Position numbers and translations under genes: made by a program
Shown here: piece after piece, positions 58,658-64,000 of the stretch
How positions within the stretch are numbered: position 1 is the first letter of the stretch
How the letters are laid out: every line of letters begins with the position of its first letter
Notes under the pieces: model-generated
What the model saw: only the letters and a program-made list of their open reading frames with translations
Database searches by the model: none
What the model was told of the DNA's origin: nothing
DNA from: an uncultured cyanobacterium
Lineage (GTDB): Bacteria; Cyanobacteriota; Cyanobacteriia; Cyanobacteriales; Cyanobacteriaceae
Length of the DNA: 64,000 nucleotides
Reading direction: 5' to 3'
NCBI GenBank assembly: GCA_963710605.1
Contig: CAVQBA010000004.1
Location: forward strand, 960,001-1,024,000

Positions 58658-60928
58658 TTACTTAACTAATTCTTGAGCTAACTTAACATCAGCAGAAGCA
58701 AATAAACTATAAACTAAACCTCTAGGATCTAACTGATTTAATAGTATTTTACGAGCCTGAAATAACGCTTCCCCTGCACAAGTTTTTTGAAAGAAAGACT
58801 TAAAGAAATGAATCATTAACTCATTAGCTAACATCTCCTTTACTTCACATTGTGTACCGATTACTCCCGCCGCACCTTTATCATGAAAAAACTGTAACAA
58901 ATTTTCAAAACTTTCAGGACTATAGCCAGCAGAATCACAAGCATTTAATACAATTAAAGGTTGATGTAGATTAAAATTAATATTCCAAGCATCTAAATCA
59001 TTTTTCTTAATTTGTTCTCCATCTCCCACTTCAAGATATGGTCTTCTAAAAATATCACTTCCTCCATGAGTATAAAAATACAAAATATCAGCAGAATTAT
59101 CAATATCGAATAAAGCAGATTCTACCTTATCTAAACTATCAAGTTTTAATAATTCCAGTATTTCTTTAGATGCTAAATTACGTAAGTTTTGCCAATGTTC
59201 ATCTAATAGATTTAATTCATTAGAAACGATCGCCTTAAACTGTAAAGGTGACTGATTACGAATTAATAAAGGTAAAGAATGCTCAGGGGTAGAAGCATGA
59301 GGCATAACTTTACAAGGTAATTGCTCAATAATATAGCGATAACCCCAAAAACTATGGGGACAAACTGTTTTGGCTTCTTCTTTTGTGCCATAACTAGGGC
59401 AATCTTCAGGATTCGCACCGTGCTGTTTCCATGTGGGACAAAGTTTAATTTTTCCTTCACGATAACTTTCTATTTTACGCTCATAAAGTAACTCCCAAGG
59501 CACACCTAATTGACTCGATAAAGGTGCTACTTGAATGATAGTTTTTGGTTGTAAATCAACTCTTAAATTTTCTCCCCTATCTATCTTATTTTTTTGCCCA
59601 GATAACTTGGGTAATAATTCTGTATAAAATGATCTGCCAATATCGGCTAATTTACCTAAATGCTTAGTTAAAACTTCTTCTGTACTCCCAATACTGCCTC
59701 CATAACCTTTTACCATTGTTTCACATAATTGAGTCCGTATTGCAGCTAAAACTTGAGTTAAATTATCATTAGTTAGTTGAGAATGTTGGCAACCTAAATC
59801 TTTTCCTGTGTTATCGTAAAATCTTAAGCCGATACGATTATAATCAATATCCCTTTCCGTTACTATGGTTAACCTACGAGGATTCTTCTTTAAAAAAGTT
59901 AATTCATCTGGATTTAAAGTAGCACTACGAGTCCAAGTAATATAAGCATCTTGTACTGGAAAAGCAGATTCTGGGGCAATATCTCCTGATTTTTCCACCA
60001 CATAAACTTCAACTCGTTTTGACTGTAATAAATACCCATGAAACATTAAATCAATATCAATACTTTGTCTTTGAGTGCGAGTAAAAGTCACAGGAAAATC
60101 AATAAATTCACTATCACCTATTTTGGAGAGTTTTAATCGTTGTTGACTAGATATGATTTCAACGTCAAAAGAATGAAGTATTACATCCATTTCTAAAGTA
60201 TCTTTATCTTCAAAAAAAGGCTCTAATAATTCTTCTGGTAAAGCAGTATCGGGAGAACCAATTCCCCAAAATTTCCCAACATTAACTTTTAAAATATACT
60301 CGGCGATTTCTAAAGCTAAAGGCTGTTGGGTATCGACAAATCGATAATGATTTAATGAATAATGATCTAATTGATAAAATCCTGTATTTATATAACGAGG
60401 CTGTATTTTATCTATACCTTTGTCTATATCTTCTCTTATAACTCCCTCATCGGAATTACTTACATCGGTAGCTGAATTAAAATAATACTCAAATTTTTCA
60501 TCTATATTGGAATTGGTAATTAACTGCTTAGGATTATCCGATTTGAAAATCTGGCTAGCGGCAACAATAATGGGTACAGAATTATTTTCATCTATACCAA
60601 AAGTAATCGGTTTATTTTCTTCTAAGTTTAATTTTTCTATATCCTGCCAAGTAGGTAATATCTGTTCGACTGATTCTTTCCCGAAGGTACTTTCAATTAA
60701 ATTCAATTTAAAGTAATTTGCTTGATATATCCTCTTTAATTCTTCATCGTTTTCAATAATTGTCATTAACGCTGGTTCAATTTCTTCTTCCCAGTCTTCA
60801 GGTGCCATTTCCAGCATATTCCCAATATTTCTTAATGACTCTAACCTTTCTGGAGGTAGAGTTGCATTGAATTCTCTTAAAGTTGGTAAAACAATAGAAA
60901 GTGTTCTATTAATATCTAAATTTGCCAT
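58658..60928 (-). CDS. CHAT-domain (caspase-clan) protease with uncharacterised N-terminal domain
   Basis: VPWELLY, FWGYRYIIEQ, YFYTHGG, LNACDS, GAAGVIGTQ; start set at ATG 60928 (MANLDINR). Confidence 0.88.
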   Translation of the reverse strand: MANLDINRTLSIVLPTLREFNATLPPERLESLRNIGNMLEMAPEDWEEEIEPALMTIIENDEELKRIYQANYFKLNLIESTFGKESVEQILPTWQDIEKLNLEENKPITFGIDENNSVPIIVAASQIFKSDNPKQLITNSNIDEKFEYYFNSATDVSNSDEGVIREDIDKGIDKIQPRYINTGFYQLDHYSLNHYRFVDTQQPLALEIAEYILKVNVGKFWGIGSPDTALPEELLEPFFEDKDTLEMDVILHSFDVEIISSQQRLKLSKIGDSEFIDFPVTFTRTQRQSIDIDLMFHGYLLQSKRVEVYVVEKSGDIAPESAFPVQDAYITWTRSATLNPDELTFLKKNPRRLTIVTERDIDYNRIGLRFYDNTGKDLGCQHSQLTNDNLTQVLAAIRTQLCETMVKGYGGSIGSTEEVLTKHLGKLADIGRSFYTELLPKLSGQKNKIDRGENLRVDLQPKTIIQVAPLSSQLGVPWELLYERKIESYREGKIKLCPTWKQHGANPEDCPSYGTKEEAKTVCPHSFWGYRYIIEQLPCKVMPHASTPEHSLPLLIRNQSPLQFKAIVSNELNLLDEHWQNLRNLASKEILELLKLDSLDKVESALFDIDNSADILYFYTHGGSDIFRRPYLEVGDGEQIKKNDLDAWNINFNLHQPLIVLNACDSAGYSPESFENLLQFFHDKGAAGVIGTQCEVKEMLANELMIHFFKSFFQKTCAGEALFQARKILLNQLDPRGLVYSLFASADVKLAQELVK

Positions 60929-60976
60929 TTTTTTAAGTACATTGACAATAACTAATAAATAACAAAATAAATCCAA

Positions 60977-61153
60977 CTAATCCATTAATTTTTTTTGTGA
61001 AGATGGAATCTTGCCCTCATTTTCAGCATCTTCAATCGCTCTTTCCACCAAATAAGCCGCTAAATTAGCCACAGGACGACCTTGATTATTAGCCCATCTT
61101 TCCAAAGTTTCAAATACCTTATCTGGCAAAGTTAAATATACTCTCTTTGTCAT
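60977..61153 (-). CDS. Ribbon-helix-helix (CopG/Arc-like) repressor, 58 aa
   Basis: Not in ORF track. Translated by hand: MTKRVYLTLPDKVFETLERWANNQGRPVANLAAYLVERAIEDAENEGKIPSSQKKLMD; divergent from cas12k. Confidence 0.88.
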   Translation of the reverse strand: MTKRVYLTLPDKVFETLERWANNQGRPVANLAAYLVERAIEDAENEGKIPSSQKKLMD

Positions 61154-61250
61154 TTTATAATTCGATTATTGCAACCCCTACTATCCTATAACGAAAATAA
61201 AATATAATCTTATTTACACCATTAAAGCCACTAATTAGTAACTAATATTA

Positions 61251-61259
61251 TGCTATAAT
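61251..61259 (+). promoter_or_regulatory. Extended -10 element upstream of cas12k
   Basis: TGCTATAAT ending 32 nt before the ATG. Confidence 0.55.
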
Positions 61260-61291
61260 TAATTGACATTCTTTTCATCAAATGAAATACA

Positions 61292-63163
61292 ATGAGTATC
61301 AAAACGATCGAATGTCGTCTTTATGCTTCTTCAGAAACTAAACGTTATCTTTGGCAGTTAATGGCAGATAGAAACACTCCTCTAATAAATGAGTTACTAT
61401 TTCAAGTCAGTCAACATCAAGACTTTGAAACTTGGTTTCAGACTAAAAAAATTGCTCAAAAACCCATCAAGGATATTTGTTTACCATTAAGACAACTTCC
61501 TCAATATCAAGAACAACCAGGAAGATTTTTCACGAGTGCGATTGCTTTGACTCATTACATATATAAATCATGGTTCGCAGTTCAACAGAGGCTTCAGCGA
61601 CGAATTGAAGGTAAACGTAGATGGTTTAATATTCTCAAAAGCGATTTAGAATTACAACAATTATCGGGTAACTCTATTGAAAAAATTATTACTCAAGCAG
61701 AAAAAATACTTGAGGACACTGAAACTCAGTTAAAACAAACAAAAAAAGATAGGAATAAAAAGAAAGATTCTAATTTATTCAACCACTTGATCGACGAATA
61801 CCAATCAAAAACTAATACTTTAGAACGGTGTGCGATTGCTTACTTACTCAAAAATCAATGCCAAATACCAGATGAAATAGAAGATATAGCTAAATTTGAG
61901 CAATATAGAAGAAAAAAAGAAATCGAAATCGAAAGACTTCAACAGCAACTAGAGAATCGTCTGCCGAAGGGTAGAGATTTAACTAGTAGAGAATGGTTTG
62001 ATACTTTGGCGATTGCATCAGAAAAAGTACCTGAAACTGAAAATGAAGCATCCGCTTGGCAAAGTAGCTTGTTAAGAAAATCACCGATTATTCCTTACCC
62101 AGTTAGTTATGAAACTAACACCGATTTAAGTTGGTCAAAAGATCGGCGAGGACATCTATTAGTCAAATTTAATGGTATTAGTAAACATCAGTTTGAAATA
62201 AGATGCGATAGAAGACATTTACATTGGTTTCAACGCTTTTGGGAAGATAGACAAATTTACAAACAAGATCCAACTAAATATAGCAGTGCCTTATTCACAC
62301 TTCGTTCTGCTCGTTTATTATGGCGTGAAAATAAAGGAAAAGGTAATCCTTGGGATATTCATACACTCTACTTACAATGTTCGCTAGATACTCGTTTTTG
62401 GACAGTAGAAGGTACACAAGAAATTGCTCAAACTAAAATTACTCAAACAAAAGAAAAATTAGAAAAAATTCAAGCTAAACCAGTTCTTAATTCTAATCAA
62501 GAAGCAGATCGACAACGAAAGCAATCTAGCTTAGAGAGAATCCAGAATCCTTTTCCACGACCACATAAACAACATTATAGAGGTAATCCCAATCTTATCT
62601 TAGGAGTTAGTTTTGGATTACGAAAACCTGCCACTGTTGCTGTAGTTAACGTTTTGACTCAAAAAGCGATCGTTTATCGTAGCATCAAACAATTATTGAA
62701 TGAAAACTATAAATTACTGAATCGTCAACGTCAACAGAAAATAGAATTGTCAAAACAAAGACACAAAGCCCAAAAACACGAAGGATTTAATCAAATAGGA
62801 GAGTCTAATTTAGGTGAATATGTCGATCGATTGATTGCCAAAGCGATCGTTGATATTGCCAAATCTTATCGAGTAGGTAGTATTTTTTTACCAGAACTGA
62901 AAAATATTCGTGAAATTTTACATAGTGAAGTTCAAGCTAAAGCAGAAATTAAAATTACTGGTTATAAAGAAGCTCAGAAAAAATATATGAAAGAATACCG
63001 TAAAAATTTACATCAATGGAGTTATAGCAGACTAATAGAATCAATTAGTCAACTAGCCAATCAAGAAAGAATATCCGTTGAATTTATCAAACAAAGTAAT
63101 GATGGTACACAGCAGGAAAAAGCTAAAAGGATAGCGATCGATGGTTACAATTCTCGCTCTTGA
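61292..63163 (+). CDS. cas12k: Type V-K effector Cas12k
   Basis: MSIKTIECRL, LWQLMA..NTPLINELL, QPGRFF, GVSFGL (RuvC-I Asp replaced), HQWSYSRL; 623 aa. Confidence 0.96.
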   Translation: MSIKTIECRLYASSETKRYLWQLMADRNTPLINELLFQVSQHQDFETWFQTKKIAQKPIKDICLPLRQLPQYQEQPGRFFTSAIALTHYIYKSWFAVQQRLQRRIEGKRRWFNILKSDLELQQLSGNSIEKIITQAEKILEDTETQLKQTKKDRNKKKDSNLFNHLIDEYQSKTNTLERCAIAYLLKNQCQIPDEIEDIAKFEQYRRKKEIEIERLQQQLENRLPKGRDLTSREWFDTLAIASEKVPETENEASAWQSSLLRKSPIIPYPVSYETNTDLSWSKDRRGHLLVKFNGISKHQFEIRCDRRHLHWFQRFWEDRQIYKQDPTKYSSALFTLRSARLLWRENKGKGNPWDIHTLYLQCSLDTRFWTVEGTQEIAQTKITQTKEKLEKIQAKPVLNSNQEADRQRKQSSLERIQNPFPRPHKQHYRGNPNLILGVSFGLRKPATVAVVNVLTQKAIVYRSIKQLLNENYKLLNRQRQQKIELSKQRHKAQKHEGFNQIGESNLGEYVDRLIAKAIVDIAKSYRVGSIFLPELKNIREILHSEVQAKAEIKITGYKEAQKKYMKEYRKNLHQWSYSRLIESISQLANQERISVEFIKQSNDGTQQEKAKRIAIDGYNSRS

Positions 63164-63192
63164 AAAATCAGCCTAATTTTTTAACTTAGACC

Positions 63193-63222
63193 TTGACAAA
63201 ATCAGTATATAAGTATTACTAT
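63193..63222 (+). promoter_or_regulatory. tracrRNA promoter
   Basis: TTGACA-N18-TACTAT just before the tracrRNA-like sequence. Confidence 0.7.
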
Positions 63223-63227
63223 AATTA

Positions 63228-63545
63228 ATAGCGTCGCAGTCCATGTTTAAACCATAAACCCCTGCACTGTGCAAAAAATGGGTTAGTTTGACTATTAAAT
63301 AATATTCATTCTTTCTGACCCTAGTAACTGCCCGCTTCTGAGGCTGCTATCTCTAGACCTTGCAAAGAGACAGGAAAAATTGATAGAAGACGATCTTGCT
63401 ATCTTTATTCTATCGGTTAGGTACGCTCCCAGCAATAAGAAGTAAAGCAAAGAATAAGGTAATCTTCTTGGCTTAATCCTCGAGATGTGGATGTGGATGA
63501 CTACAGTGACGGTTACTAAATCACCTTCTTCACCGAAGGAATCTC
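63228..63545 (+). ncRNA. V-K tracrRNA (ends approximate)
   Basis: Blocks typical of V-K tracrRNAs: ATAGCGTCGCAG, GGTTAGTTTGAC, CTTTCTGACCCT.GTA.CTGC, CGCTCCCAGCAATAAG, TACTAAATCACC. Confidence 0.85.
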
Positions 63546-63751
63546 ACTCACATTAATTAATTTTGACCAATCTATAGTGAGGTTCAAATCCTTAGAAGGT
63601 TTGTCAAAAACGCCAAAGTGATACATAGTAATATTTATCTCTATGTTACCTAAAAATACTTAAGTCAATCAAGCTGATTTTGTCCAGAATTTAAGAGGTT
63701 TGTCAAAATTGGGTTGGAGAAATCTTCAGTGACTTGGTTTGGGCGTATAGA

Positions 63752-64000
63752 GTTTCAACGCTCTGATTAGTGTTTCGTAGATTGAAAGAAAAAAAGAGGC
63801 AATAAAGATTTAAAAATTGCTGGGTTTCAACGCTCTGATTAGTGTTTCGTAGATTGAAAGCATCAAGTAAAAGATATATTGCTATTTTCTACTCTGTTTC
63901 AACGCTCTGATTAGTGTTTCGTAGATTGAAAGGATCTTTCTGAAATTCAGAAAATTCCCGATTATCTGTTTCAACGCTCTGATTAGTGTTTCGTAGATTG
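63752..64000 (+). CRISPR. CRISPR array (truncated by the window end)
   Basis: 37-nt repeat GTTTCAACGCTCTGATTAGTGTTTCGTAGATTGAAAG at 63752, 63824, 63896 and 63968 (partial); three 35-nt spacers. Confidence 0.98.

Larger units (their letters stand above)
44126..64000 (+). mobile_element. Type V-K CRISPR-associated transposon (extends beyond the window)
   Basis: TGTACA end with TnsB-site-like repeats, tnsB-tnsC-tniQ (no tnsA), cargo, repressor, cas12k, tracrRNA, CRISPR array. Confidence 0.95.

Overview
AT-rich cyanobacterial chromosome, rich in HIP1/CGATCG sites; gene content suggests a unicellular Cyanobacterium/Geminocystis-like organism (inference). Bases 1-43.2 kb are mostly core genes: psbA, ndhL, trpA, galE, ccmK2-K1-L-M-N, grpE-dnaK, nrrA, ntcA, fabI, purU, sasA and two GGDEF-EAL proteins. 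This part also holds a carotenoid oxygenase split by a tnpB-only IS200/IS605-family element and several TATAG-bounded MITE-like repeats. From 44126 to the window end lies a type V-K CRISPR-associated transposon: transposon end, tnsB-tnsC-tniQ, cargo, an RHH repressor, cas12k, tracrRNA and the start of a CRISPR array. The cargo is dominated by caspase-clan proteases. One gene encodes a caspase fused to an Avs2-like STAND NTPase. A convergent three-gene unit encodes a CHAT protease, a class I ribonucleotide reductase alpha subunit (with ATP cone) fused to a second CHAT protease, and a secreted/membrane protein. The RNR moiety keeps its nucleotide-binding and active-site motifs but has lost one radical-relay tyrosine and the C-terminal CxxC. 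It therefore looks like a nucleotide sensor or decoy controlling a protease, and is the best candidate for an undescribed system here. Several genes carry single-base lesions that cluster at GATC/GGCC motifs or homopolymers and are probably sequencing errors.
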